Part shown: piece by piece, positions 1 to 8,872 of the stretch
Layout of the letters: every line of letters begins with the position of its first letter
Numbering within the stretch: the first letter of the stretch is position 1
Assembly (NCBI GenBank): GCA_016715885.1
Contig: JADJXL010000022.1
Location: 203,588 to 267,587 of the forward strand
Reading direction: 5' to 3'
Source: Polyangiaceae bacterium
GTDB taxonomy: Bacteria; Myxococcota_A; Polyangia; Polyangiales; Polyangiaceae
Length of the DNA: 64,000 bases
Translations under genes and position numbers: made by a program
The notes under the pieces: generated by a model
The model's database searches: none
Seen by the model: only the letters and a program-made list of their open reading frames with translations
What the model was told of the DNA's origin: nothing

Positions 1-401
1 TTGCCGGCACGACCACGGTGCGATCCACGGCGGTTGGCGCCAGTCCCGAGCAAGGGTTTTTCATGAACGACGATCGTCATGGCGTAACGCTCGACAGCAA
101 GGGGCGCACGGTGTCCATCGTCGACTTGGCCACGATGAAGGTTGAAACCACGCTCATGCTCGACGGCGTGCCTACGACGGGCGCGGTTTCTCCTGACGGA
201 CGCACGTTATTCGTATCGCTTGGCGGTTCGGAATGGCCTCCCAAAGGAAGCGGTGTTGCCGTCATTGCTGGCGATCCTCCACGCATCGTGTCCACGCTCG
301 AGACCGACCAAGGGGCGAGCGCCGTGGATGTTTCCCGTGATGGCGCTCGTGCCGTCGTCGCGTCGTATTACGGCAAGTCCATCTTTGTCCTGGAGCAGTG
401 A
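1..401 (+). CDS. YVTN-family beta-propeller repeat protein, C-terminal fragment (5' end lies outside the window)
   Basis: The reading frame is open from position 3 and the TGA stop is at 399–401. Repeated 'DG(R/K)TLFVS…GSxxVxVID'-type segments are typical of YVTN/lactonase-like propeller blades. Confidence 0.55.
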   Translation, partial: AGTTTVRSTAVGASPEQGFFMNDDRHGVTLDSKGRTVSIVDLATMKVETTLMLDGVPTTGAVSPDGRTLFVSLGGSEWPPKGSGVAVIAGDPPRIVSTLETDQGASAVDVSRDGARAVVASYYGKSIFVLEQ

Positions 402-404
402 TTC

Positions 405-545
405 GAGAACGGGCCAGGGCTTGCACCCTCGCTTCGCGCGCGTGGGAAGCGCGCTTCGCGAGTCTAGTTCACTAGTTCACGATGGGGGGCCGAGGCTCGG
501 CCCCGGCTCGGCCCCCCCATACCCCCCGGGGAGCCACGCGTAGCC
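405..545. repeat. GC-rich palindromic intergenic repeat element, copy A
   Basis: It shares a 5' module TCGCTTCGCGCGCGTGGGA(A/C)GCGCGCT(T)CGCGAG and a 3' module GGCTCGGCCCCCCCATACCCCCCG with 18590–18735. It contains the perfect palindrome GAAGCGCGCTTC. Confidence 0.6.
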
Positions 546-634
546 CCCCGAAATGGCACATCTTTCATATTGTTCAGCGCTCTCGTTTCAGATTCGGCAC
601 CTTCTTTGCTGCCCGGCAAGCCCAGGAGGTCGTC

Positions 635-1450
635 GTGTCATTCCTACGCACTTGCCTCGTAACGCTCGCGCTTGCCTCGGCTTCGCTTTTCGGCTGCAAA
701 AGCACCGATTCTTTCGAGACTGGCAACTCGGTCGACGTTGACGACGCGCCCGACGGGCTCCTTCAGGGCACGCGGTTGTCTACCAATTCGACCTACTACA
801 TTGCGCGGCACGATACGCGAAGGTGCGCTGCCCCGATGTGTGGTGGGATTTTCGTTTCCGCCGTCAATCAAACGACCACGCGCTGCCCTGGCGGTACATG
901 GGAAGAGGAATGCTACATATCCAGCATTGACTTTTCCAGCTTCGCCGGTTCGACCAAAGTCGTACCGACCGTTCGGGACGCCATTGGATACGATTCGAGC
1001 ACGACGCGCGTGGTTTTACTGGGCACGCTCCATCCAACCCTGCTCGGCTTTGGCACCATGCGCGTGCAAATGGCCTGGGTCGCGCTCGATCAGAAGCCGA
1101 TTACGGGCAGCTTCTTCAAAGCTCGTGAAAATGGCATCGTGTGTGTAGCTGCGCCTTGCCCGAGCTACGATGAGGAATTGCTGAATCGTGGTACCATCAC
1201 GATGTTTCACGGCATCGACTTTCGAGACGTCGAGCCTCATGCGGATGACAGCACCTTCACCGGACCTGCTCTTCGTTCCAATTATGGGTTGATCGTATCC
1301 GGCGAAAACTACCAAGTCGAAGATGCGGGACCTGCAGGCGATGCCACCTACCTCCTACCATCGCAGGTATTCCTCCCCATGGACGCGCCCGGAAGGCTCG
1401 TGCTCGGACGGATCGACAATGCCGTGGGCGTTCTTCCGCTCGCTCAATGA
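635..1450 (+). CDS. hypothetical lipoprotein
   Basis: An AGGAGG motif at 624–629 sits 5 nt upstream of GTG 635. The N-terminus VSFLRTCLVTLALASASLFGC reads as a signal peptide plus lipobox, and a Cys-containing mature region follows. Upstream of 635 the longer ORF is Arg/Pro-rich junk. Confidence 0.6.
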   Translation: MSFLRTCLVTLALASASLFGCKSTDSFETGNSVDVDDAPDGLLQGTRLSTNSTYYIARHDTRRCAAPMCGGIFVSAVNQTTTRCPGGTWEEECYISSIDFSSFAGSTKVVPTVRDAIGYDSSTTRVVLLGTLHPTLLGFGTMRVQMAWVALDQKPITGSFFKARENGIVCVAAPCPSYDEELLNRGTITMFHGIDFRDVEPHADDSTFTGPALRSNYGLIVSGENYQVEDAGPAGDATYLLPSQVFLPMDAPGRLVLGRIDNAVGVLPLAQ

Positions 1451-1572
1451 CGCAGCGTTGAAATCGTCTTTTTTCGCCGCGTCGCGTCGGTCGAGAAAGC
1501 TTGCGAAATGCCCTCTGCTCTGAGAAATTGCATTTCGTGCCCTGCTCGACGATCAACACAAACCGCCTGCAG

Positions 1573-2070
1573 ATGGTTCCCATGACCGTGGACCTCGTCG
1601 AAGCTGTGCTCGACGGGCGTCGCGCGGATACCGAGGCGCTCATCGGGGCCAAGATGCCGACTGCGTGGCCTGGCCGAGCGCTCGTCGAACGCGCGTTTCT
1701 TGCGCGACTCGAGGAAATTCGCGCCAATCCGGATCATCGTTTGTGGGGCGATCGCGTGGCAATCACGCGGGATTCCGAGCCGCGGGTCATCGGCAGCGTG
1801 ATTTTTCACGGTGGCCCGGACAAACAGGGGGCCGTCGAAGTCGCCTACGGCATCGAGGAAGAGTCGCAACGGCAGGGTTTTGGTTATGAAGCCGTGTACG
1901 CCGCCGTTTCGTGGGCGTTCGGCGAGCCGCACGTGCGGATCGTTCGCGCATCCACGTTCACTTGGCACGCCGCTTCTCGTCGAATCCTCGAAAAGATTGG
2001 TTTCCGCATCGTCGGCACCTCGAACGACATCCTCGGCGAAATGCTCGAATACGAAGTCGCCAAGTTCTAA
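1573..2070 (+). CDS. GNAT-family N-acetyltransferase (RimJ/RimL-like)
   Basis: The protein has an acetyl-CoA-binding-like core (QRQGFGYEAV…) and a typical size of about 165 aa. The start was taken at the internal ATG beginning MVPMTVDL. Confidence 0.65.
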   Translation: MVPMTVDLVEAVLDGRRADTEALIGAKMPTAWPGRALVERAFLARLEEIRANPDHRLWGDRVAITRDSEPRVIGSVIFHGGPDKQGAVEVAYGIEEESQRQGFGYEAVYAAVSWAFGEPHVRIVRASTFTWHAASRRILEKIGFRIVGTSNDILGEMLEYEVAKF

Positions 2071-2176
2071 TCGTAACGCAAGCCACAAATTCCAGCGCGC
2101 AGATTCGTCAAGACACGTCGTTGTCTCTGGTTTTTCCCGATGGGCTTGGGGTAAGCTCGGTCGAGACGGGACGAGC

Positions 2177-3766
2177 ATGCCGAGCGACAATCGATTTGGG
2201 CATCGGGGCGGGACGTGGTTCGTGGTGGCGTTTGCCGCCGCTTTTGGTTCTGTTGCGGGCGCTTCTGCGGCGTGGGCGCAGGAGGTGCCGGCTCCGCCGC
2301 CCTTGGGGGAGGGCGTCAATCCGAGCGAGGTGGCGGTTGACCCGACGCCGCTCCCTCCGCCGCCGCCCCCGCCGCCGGTGTACGTTCCACCACCGCCACC
2401 CCCGCCGCCATACATTCCGCCACCTTTGCCTCCAAAGCCCAACCATCGGTACTTTTTGCAGGTGGGGATCACGCCCGAGGCCGATCGATTTACGGGCATC
2501 GCGCAGTTCGGGCTCTTGACGCCGAAGGCGCGCGATGCGTACGCCGCATTGCAGTTTGGTTTCTTTTCGAGTGAAGCGGCGGAATTCACGGGATTTACGC
2601 AGGTGGGTTTACTTTTGACCGAGACGCAGGAAGTCTTTCGCGGCGGTGCGCAAGTCACGCTGGGTCGGAACTTGGCGGAAGAGTTTTATGGCGGCATGCA
2701 GGTAGCGATATACCGCAATGTCGTTACGGATCTGTTCGCGGGCGTGGCGCAAATCGGGATCATTCGCAATGATACGCGTCGATTTGCGGGCCTTTTGCAA
2801 ATGGGCGGCCGCAACAGCACGGATGCATTCATTGGCGCGATGCAGCTCGGAGCGTACAACGTCATTGGTAATGGTCTCGAATACAACGAAGACGAATATG
2901 GTTATGGTGGTCGGCGCGGGGGTGGGTTCGTCGGCGGCTTTCAGGTTGGCGCGTACAACAAGGTCGAGCAGGGCAATTTCAGTGGTTTGTTTCAGATTGG
3001 CGGTGGCAACAACCTGGCGCACGGGAGTTTTCGTGGCGTCGCACAATTGGGGCTGCTCAATGGGGTCGATCGTGGGTTTTACGGGGTCGCGCAGATTGGC
3101 CTTGCGAGTTACGCAGGCGATGGGTTTCGCGGTCTTGGCCAATTCGGCGTGCTCAACATGGTCGAGGACGGCTTTTACGGCGTAGCCCAAGCGGGCGTCG
3201 TCAATCTCGTCGTGGATGACAACTTCAGGGGTTTTGGTCAATTCGGCGCATTCAACTACGTCGAGGAAGAATTCGGGGGCGTCCTACAAATCGGCGCGCT
3301 TGGCAATGTCGTGCGCGATGACTTCAAGGGTCTTGTGCAAATTGGCGGCATTTTCAATTACGGGCGCGACGACTTCGAGGGCCTATTTCAGATTGGTGGG
3401 TTCAACGTCGTCAAAGAAGACTTTTCGGGTGTGGCCCAAATCGGTGCCGTCAACTTTACGGGCGACGAGCACATCGGGGCGCAGCTCGGCGCGGTCAACA
3501 TGGTCGACGATCGGTTTTATGGGCTTCAAGCGGGCGTGTTTTCGACGGCCGAAGAGGTCGAAGGTGCGCAGATTGGCGCGGTCAACATGACCGAGCGCTT
3601 GAAGGGTGCGACCATTGGCATCTTCAACAGCGCCAAGCAGATGCGCGGCGTGCAGGTGGGGCTCATCAACAAGACGGAACGGCTACGCGGCGTGCAAATC
3701 GGATTGATCAACGTGTCCAAACACGGAGGCCTTCCGGTGTTTCCGGTGATGAATATCGGGCTGTGA
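2177..3766 (+). CDS. secreted repeat protein with a polyproline tract and about 25 tandem 13–14-aa 'xFxGxxQ(I/V/L)GxxNxx' repeats
   Basis: ATG 2177 is followed by a signal peptide (WFVVAFAAAFGSVAGASAAWAQE). A PPPPPPPPVYVPPPPPPPPYIPPPLPP tract comes next. Then there is a long array of repeats such as FxGVAQIGxxN, ending GVQVGLINKTERLRGVQIGLINV. Confidence 0.7.
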   Translation: MPSDNRFGHRGGTWFVVAFAAAFGSVAGASAAWAQEVPAPPPLGEGVNPSEVAVDPTPLPPPPPPPPVYVPPPPPPPPYIPPPLPPKPNHRYFLQVGITPEADRFTGIAQFGLLTPKARDAYAALQFGFFSSEAAEFTGFTQVGLLLTETQEVFRGGAQVTLGRNLAEEFYGGMQVAIYRNVVTDLFAGVAQIGIIRNDTRRFAGLLQMGGRNSTDAFIGAMQLGAYNVIGNGLEYNEDEYGYGGRRGGGFVGGFQVGAYNKVEQGNFSGLFQIGGGNNLAHGSFRGVAQLGLLNGVDRGFYGVAQIGLASYAGDGFRGLGQFGVLNMVEDGFYGVAQAGVVNLVVDDNFRGFGQFGAFNYVEEEFGGVLQIGALGNVVRDDFKGLVQIGGIFNYGRDDFEGLFQIGGFNVVKEDFSGVAQIGAVNFTGDEHIGAQLGAVNMVDDRFYGLQAGVFSTAEEVEGAQIGAVNMTERLKGATIGIFNSAKQMRGVQVGLINKTERLRGVQIGLINVSKHGGLPVFPVMNIGL

Positions 3767-3892
3767 GTGTAGATCAAACACGAACGCCTTTTGCACCTCA
3801 CCCCCCGACCCCATAAGCGCTAACATAACGCAATTGTCGCCCCGCCCCGGGTTAAAGAGATCGTCTCATAACTCGAGCCAAAGTGCGTCACC

Positions 3893-3930
3893 GCACGCCC
3901 GCGCGGGGTTTCAACCCCGCGCGGGCGTGC
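3893..3930. terminator. perfect 16-bp-stem GC hairpin (GCACGCCCGCGCGGGG-tttcaa-CCCCGCGCGGGCGTGC)
   Basis: The inverted repeat is exact and sits in the intergenic region downstream of gene 2177–3766. There is no T-tract, which is common in high-GC genomes. Confidence 0.4.
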
Positions 3931-4015
3931 AAAACGGGTGAAGTGAGCGCTTCTGGGGTCGTGGGGAGGCACTGGGTGAGCATGCATCCCACTATCCATG
4001 CTAATCACAAAAATT

Positions 4016-4045
4016 TTGTCGTCTCGCATCGACTTCACGTAGAAT
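4016..4045 (+). promoter_or_regulatory. sigma70-like promoter candidate (TTGTCG, 18-nt spacer, TAGAAT)
   Basis: The motifs lie about 90 nt upstream of ATG 4138 in an AT-richer patch. Confidence 0.3.
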
Positions 4046-4137
4046 GAGCACGATTCCCATGAATCCGCTTCTCGCACATTGCAGAGCCGTCAATACCCGG
4101 GTCGCACGATCCAGGGACCAAGAATCGAGGCAGGAAC

Positions 4138-4638
4138 ATGAAGCGCAAGTCGAGCACGTGGATGCGGATGCAACGCGTGACCGGTGCCCTCTCCGCAGTA
4201 TCGACATCGCCGCAGGATCCCGCGACGGAAATTGAAGCGATCGTGGCGGAGCTGTCGCCTCACGGCCGCACCGCTTTGCTCACGCACGCGCGCACCATTC
4301 GTGACGAAGAGCGTCGTCGTGGATCTCGTCCACCGCTCATGTCGCTGTCACTTCGCGACTTCGTTTCGCGCGTTCAAGAAGCAGCGGACGATGCCATCTC
4401 GGGCATGTACGGCAACAAGGTATTCGTCACGGCGCTTTATCGCATGTTCGAGGAACGCGGCGAGGCATCGGGTTGTAGTCTTGCCGAGTTCAAAGAGCGA
4501 TTGCTGCTGGCCCAACGGGCCAATCTGCTGATGCTCGACCGTTGCGAAGGGCTCGATCGCAACGATGCCAACGTGGCGAAATCGGAGATCAAGCATTTGG
4601 GCGCCACGTACCATGTCGTCGTGCGACGAGCCAAGTAA
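4138..4638 (+). CDS. hypothetical protein
   Basis: The 166-aa ORF has balanced composition, a GAGG-like RBS before the ATG, and no recognised domain. Confidence 0.5.
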   Translation: MKRKSSTWMRMQRVTGALSAVSTSPQDPATEIEAIVAELSPHGRTALLTHARTIRDEERRRGSRPPLMSLSLRDFVSRVQEAADDAISGMYGNKVFVTALYRMFEERGEASGCSLAEFKERLLLAQRANLLMLDRCEGLDRNDANVAKSEIKHLGATYHVVVRRAK

Positions 4639-4640
4639 CG

Positions 4641-5063
4641 CTAGCTAATCCCGTACCACTTTTTGGTTTCCGGCTTCATCCACACGATGAGCAGCGGAAT
4701 CGTGATGGGTAAGCAACACGTATTCCACAGCATGCTCATGCCAATCAACACGACCGCCAGCGTGTACACCCACTTCGATCGACCTGCGAACAGCACGATC
4801 GCGTGCGGCACGATGAAAAAAACCGCAATGCCCGCAATGATGAACCCCCCAATCCATTCACCAGGCCTTACCGTGCCGTACCCTTTCATCAGCGGTTCGA
4901 GCATCATCCACAAGCCCATGCCGAAGAAGCCGAGCAGCGACAGAATCATGACGATGCCGTAAATGCGAAAATAATATACCGCCTCGGGAGGCCGTTCGTC
5001 CTCCATGAGCAGTGGCGTCCCCGGGGGCGCACCTTGCGGAATGAAGTACGGACCGTGGTTCAT
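4641..5063 (-). CDS. hypothetical integral membrane protein (3–4 TM helices)
   Basis: The ATG start was confirmed at 5063. Hydrophobic helices include IVMILSLLGFFGMGLWMML and GGFIIAGIAVFFIVPHAIVLF. Confidence 0.6.
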   Translation of the reverse strand: MNHGPYFIPQGAPPGTPLLMEDERPPEAVYYFRIYGIVMILSLLGFFGMGLWMMLEPLMKGYGTVRPGEWIGGFIIAGIAVFFIVPHAIVLFAGRSKWVYTLAVVLIGMSMLWNTCCLPITIPLLIVWMKPETKKWYGIS

Positions 5064-5126
5064 GCGGCGCCATCATCCCCTGACGAGCGCCCGTTGTCCA
5101 TCCCGCCTTGCGTAATCGAGATCACT

Positions 5127-7481
5127 CTATCCGGCGATTTCTTTCGCTCGACCCACGCTTGGATCCTCGCTGTCCAGCACTTCGCGGGCCAGTGGATCGG
5201 CTTTCTTCAAGTCGTCGAGCAATTGTTTCAGGCCTCTGCGCGAACCGTAATAATTCGACGCATCGTGATCGGCTTCGGTGATGCATGCCCGCACGAGCGA
5301 CCGTGAAATGGATGGAAAACGCAACGTTTCGAGCGCCATCGTCCATAGCCCATCGATGAAGTTTTGGTCCGCTGGGAATTCCAAGAGCCCAGCGAGCATC
5401 AGGAGCACTCCGGCACGTTTGTGCGCAATCGTTTCGAAGCACGTGTCGGACAGGAGATTGGTATCGAATGCGCGCCACATGGCGTCGGCGGCACACAGAA
5501 GTCGCTTGAATTCCTTGCCCGCATGCGAAAGCCGTGCGTGGAACATGATTTCGGCTTGCACGCTCGCATGCCCGTTCGCAATTCGCAGATACCGGCAAAC
5601 CGCGGGCAATTTGCCAACGCTTTCACCTCGCAAACCGCCCTCGACGTCGACCGGCATTTCAATTTCGCTATAAAAACCACCCGGTGCAAACGCGTAGAAG
5701 AGCTCGGTTTGTCCAGGGAGACTTTCCCACAAATTCGAGTATTGCGTGACGCGATTCATGCTCCCCGCAGCCCACGCCAAACCCGTGGCCGCATCACCTC
5801 CGATTTGAGATGCAGAGACCCCCGGATCACGCGGCGTGACGGAATTTCGCACATCTTCTGCGATTTGTGCGATCGTGAAGTCCAAGAAACCATCGTACAA
5901 ATCCGCTTTGCCGTCATGATTGACGTCCTGAAAGCGCTGGAAAACGAGCGGGTTGCCGGGACCCACGAACTGCGAAAAGCCGGGGAACCGACCTTGCTTG
6001 TGATACCACTGAACCTTTCGCATTCGAGCTTCGATTTGCTGATGCGTTTCACGAGCGCACATGCCTTGGAGCATCGCGTGAAAACAATCGGCTCCTTCCG
6101 AATCCGACAGCTTGCCGCTCGAGTCCGTCCGGAAGTACGTCGAATCCCAGGACGAATAGATGTCGGCGTCGGGAAAAATGCGCGAAATCGCAAATCGAGT
6201 CGTCAGGCCCGCGCATTGCGAATTCAGCATCAGCTTGTAACCAACTTGCTGCACCTTGGTCATCGACGCGCGCATGTCGTACGCTCCAAGCTGCGCGTGG
6301 CGATTGATCGTCACCCCGGTGAAAAACTCGACCCCCATTTCATGATTTTCGTCGCTCGGGCTCGCCGATCGCGAATAAAGCAAAATGGACTTGCCGTGAG
6401 GATTCTTGAACGGCGCTTCGAGCACTCGGTACTTGCTGCCCCAAGGCGGCGCTGGCGATCCTTCCGGTAATTCGATGTCTCGAAAACCGTATTTCTTGAC
6501 AAAAATATCCGCCTCGCCTTCGTGGAAATCGTGCGCCGAACACATCGCAAATCGCCACGGACCAGTTAATTCGTCATAAGGCGGAGCTTCCCGCACGAGC
6601 GATTTCACCAGCAGCCGCGCTTTGTCGGCGTCAGCCTCGGATAGAGCAGGCGCACGCATCGAGAGCAGCGCAATCGCGTGCGCTCGTAATGCCGGCATGG
6701 AGCTCGGCCCGTGCTCGCGTTCGACCAGCGAAAACATTTCGGCCGCGGCTTCGTCCGCCACACCGCGAAATCCAGGGTCGCGCAATGCCGTGGCGACGAT
6801 GTGCGACAGCACGGTCAATGCCGCCGATCGAATCTGAGCGGCCTCCGTAACGTTTTCCTTTGCAAACGCTTCCTCGACGGCGGCTGCTTGGAGGGCGCTG
6901 CGCAGTTGCTTCAGCAATCCTCGAGCCTGTTCGGCCGTCAATCGCTCCGGCCGCAGGGGTTCGTCCGGGTGAAACGCGCTCGGCGCAAAGAGCCGTTCGA
7001 ATGTGGTGGTTCGCCGGGACGATATCCATCGAGCAGCCGTCACGAGCGCTGGGCCTGCAGCGTTCCCTTGGACCGTGTTGCTGCGATCGGTCGAAAACGA
7101 GCCATCGGCAAGCAGCCACAACGGGGCCGCGTTGGTGCGGCCATCCGTTAAATCGACGGCTTCGGGGGCCACCGCTTCGGGCGTTTTCGATACCACGATC
7201 AGGTCTTCGAGCCTTCGGCGCACCGCGGGTCTGCCTGGGAACACGACGCGCACGGCTTTGCGCCTTCGCCCTTCGAGCAGCTCGATGGCATTGTCTGCAA
7301 TCGGTTGCTGTAGCGTTACGGCGTAATCGCGGTCGCCCACGAGCAAAAGGTGCGTACCGGGAGTTTGGCGAAGTTCGGTCCACGCTGCGGCCGTTTCGGG
7401 CCCTCTAGCAACGAGCGTCACGGCCAAGTTCACCACGGAGCCATGATCATCGAGAATGCGAACGAACGCGCTGTCCGGCAT
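5127..7481 (-). CDS. large hypothetical protein (about 785 aa, no signal peptide)
   Basis: Protein-like composition holds throughout, for example WYHKQGRFPGFSQFVGPGNPLVFQRFQDVNHDGKADLYDGFLDF. The start was set at the in-frame ATG 7481 because the longer ORF would overlap the divergent esterase gene. Confidence 0.55.
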   Translation of the reverse strand: MPDSAFVRILDDHGSVVNLAVTLVARGPETAAAWTELRQTPGTHLLLVGDRDYAVTLQQPIADNAIELLEGRRRKAVRVVFPGRPAVRRRLEDLIVVSKTPEAVAPEAVDLTDGRTNAAPLWLLADGSFSTDRSNTVQGNAAGPALVTAARWISSRRTTTFERLFAPSAFHPDEPLRPERLTAEQARGLLKQLRSALQAAAVEEAFAKENVTEAAQIRSAALTVLSHIVATALRDPGFRGVADEAAAEMFSLVEREHGPSSMPALRAHAIALLSMRAPALSEADADKARLLVKSLVREAPPYDELTGPWRFAMCSAHDFHEGEADIFVKKYGFRDIELPEGSPAPPWGSKYRVLEAPFKNPHGKSILLYSRSASPSDENHEMGVEFFTGVTINRHAQLGAYDMRASMTKVQQVGYKLMLNSQCAGLTTRFAISRIFPDADIYSSWDSTYFRTDSSGKLSDSEGADCFHAMLQGMCARETHQQIEARMRKVQWYHKQGRFPGFSQFVGPGNPLVFQRFQDVNHDGKADLYDGFLDFTIAQIAEDVRNSVTPRDPGVSASQIGGDAATGLAWAAGSMNRVTQYSNLWESLPGQTELFYAFAPGGFYSEIEMPVDVEGGLRGESVGKLPAVCRYLRIANGHASVQAEIMFHARLSHAGKEFKRLLCAADAMWRAFDTNLLSDTCFETIAHKRAGVLLMLAGLLEFPADQNFIDGLWTMALETLRFPSISRSLVRACITEADHDASNYYGSRRGLKQLLDDLKKADPLAREVLDSEDPSVGRAKEIAG

Positions 7482-7601
7482 GCTGGGCCTCCCGGCCCGA
7501 GCGTCTCGCAACCGGCCCGAGCGATCAACGGAAAACCACGCGAGCGCAAGAATTGGTCGCGGGCTGGATTTGGACGCGCGCTTTGCGCTACCGTGCGCGC
7601 C

Positions 7602-8339
7602 ATGGATGTCACCACCATCGGACCGCTTCGCGTGCATGCGCGCGGGGGCAGTGATCGTCAGGGCGGCGGAAATGGCCCCGCCATTTTGCTTTGTCACGGT
7701 TTCGGCGCGCCCGGAAACGACCTCGTCAGCCTCGCACGCGTCGTCGATGCAGGCCGCGACGTGCGTTGGTTCTTTCCCGAAGCGCCGCTCGAAGTCCCCG
7801 TGGGTCCGGGCATGTACGGCCGCGCGTGGTGGGACATCGGCATGGATCAGTTGATGATGCACCTCATGCGAGGCGACATCGATGCCGCGATGAAGCGTCT
7901 CGATGAAAACCCCCCAGGCCTCGAACAGGCCAAACAAGCGCTCCTGGGCACGCTCGAAGCCCTCGAGAAAGACCACGGCGTCACGCGCGACAGGCTCGTC
8001 ATCGGCGGGTTTTCTCAAGGGTCGATGCTCGCGACCGAGGTATTCGTTTCGTCGTCCCAGCCGTTTGCGGGTCTCGTCGTGCTTTCGGGAACGCGGCTCG
8101 GAGGCGACATGTGGTGCGAAGGTTTGTCTCGGCACGGAGCCCATTTGCACGCGCTCGTCACGCATGGCCGGCGCGATCCGCTTTTGCCTTTTGTTCGAGC
8201 GGAAGCATTGCGGGATATGATGAAAGCCGCGGGGGCGAACGTCACGTGGGTGCCTCATGGTGGCGCACATGAAATTCCTGCAGTTTGTCTAGATGCACTC
8301 GGGGCGTTTGCACGAGCGCGTCTTGGCGCAACTTCGTAG
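7602..8339 (+). CDS. phospholipase/carboxylesterase-family alpha/beta hydrolase
   Basis: It carries the GFSQG nucleophile-elbow motif and a HGxxD…H arrangement. The ATG at 7602 begins MDVTTIGPL. Confidence 0.75.
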   Translation: MDVTTIGPLRVHARGGSDRQGGGNGPAILLCHGFGAPGNDLVSLARVVDAGRDVRWFFPEAPLEVPVGPGMYGRAWWDIGMDQLMMHLMRGDIDAAMKRLDENPPGLEQAKQALLGTLEALEKDHGVTRDRLVIGGFSQGSMLATEVFVSSSQPFAGLVVLSGTRLGGDMWCEGLSRHGAHLHALVTHGRRDPLLPFVRAEALRDMMKAAGANVTWVPHGGAHEIPAVCLDALGAFARARLGATS

Positions 8340-8473
8340 CCTCCCGTTTTCCCGCATTCGTGCGGTACATTTTCGTCTTTGAATTCGTGCGGCTCTTGCG
8401 CAGGTCACGAGTGCGCTCGGCCTGAACGCTGGGCGCGTTTCCTGCATTCGTGCCGAGCGGGAGGGGCGCTCGT

Positions 8474-8809
8474 ATGTGGAGTCGTTATGTGGCCGCCGCC
8501 ATGCTCGTCGCGGGAGCGGGATTGTTTGCGAGTGCTTGTGCGGTGACGGTGGATGATGGTGCAGAGGACGAGGAAGAAGTGGACGTGGGCCTTGCCGAAG
8601 AACGATTCATGTGGCGCCCGCGGATCATCCGCCCGACGCTCATCGATCCGGGATGGCGTCTCTTCCGCTGTTTGCCCGATCCTCGCAAGCGGTTCATTGG
8701 TCGCGACCCGGAGGCTTGTGCGGCCATTCGGTTCTTTTGTGCCGTAGGCGAAGAACCGTTTTTCGATCGTTGCGGGTGCGGATGCGTGCTGAGTTCTCCG
8801 GCACAATAG
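8474..8809 (+). CDS. small Cys-rich lipoprotein, hypothetical
   Basis: GGGAGG precedes ATG 8474. The signal/lipobox reads MWSRYVAAAMLVAGAGLFASAC, and the C-terminus contains CGCGC. Confidence 0.5.
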   Translation: MWSRYVAAAMLVAGAGLFASACAVTVDDGAEDEEEVDVGLAEERFMWRPRIIRPTLIDPGWRLFRCLPDPRKRFIGRDPEACAAIRFFCAVGEEPFFDRCGCGCVLSSPAQ

Positions 8810-8872
8810 CCTATGGACAAACGCTTGGGCGGGGGGTATAGCGTCGGGCCTTCTCGTAACGAGTGAGAACCG

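Noticed and set aside
1444-2658. 404-aa minus-strand ORF and overlapping + ORFs (1811–3766 N-terminal part, 1911–2519)
   Set aside because: It runs antisense or out-of-frame to the GNAT gene and the secreted repeat protein gene. Composition is Gly/Arg/Pro-rich low complexity. These are typical GC-driven spurious ORFs.
5364-6470. 368-aa + strand ORF
   Set aside because: The protein is Arg-rich and junk-like. It is antisense to the much better 5127–7481 protein.
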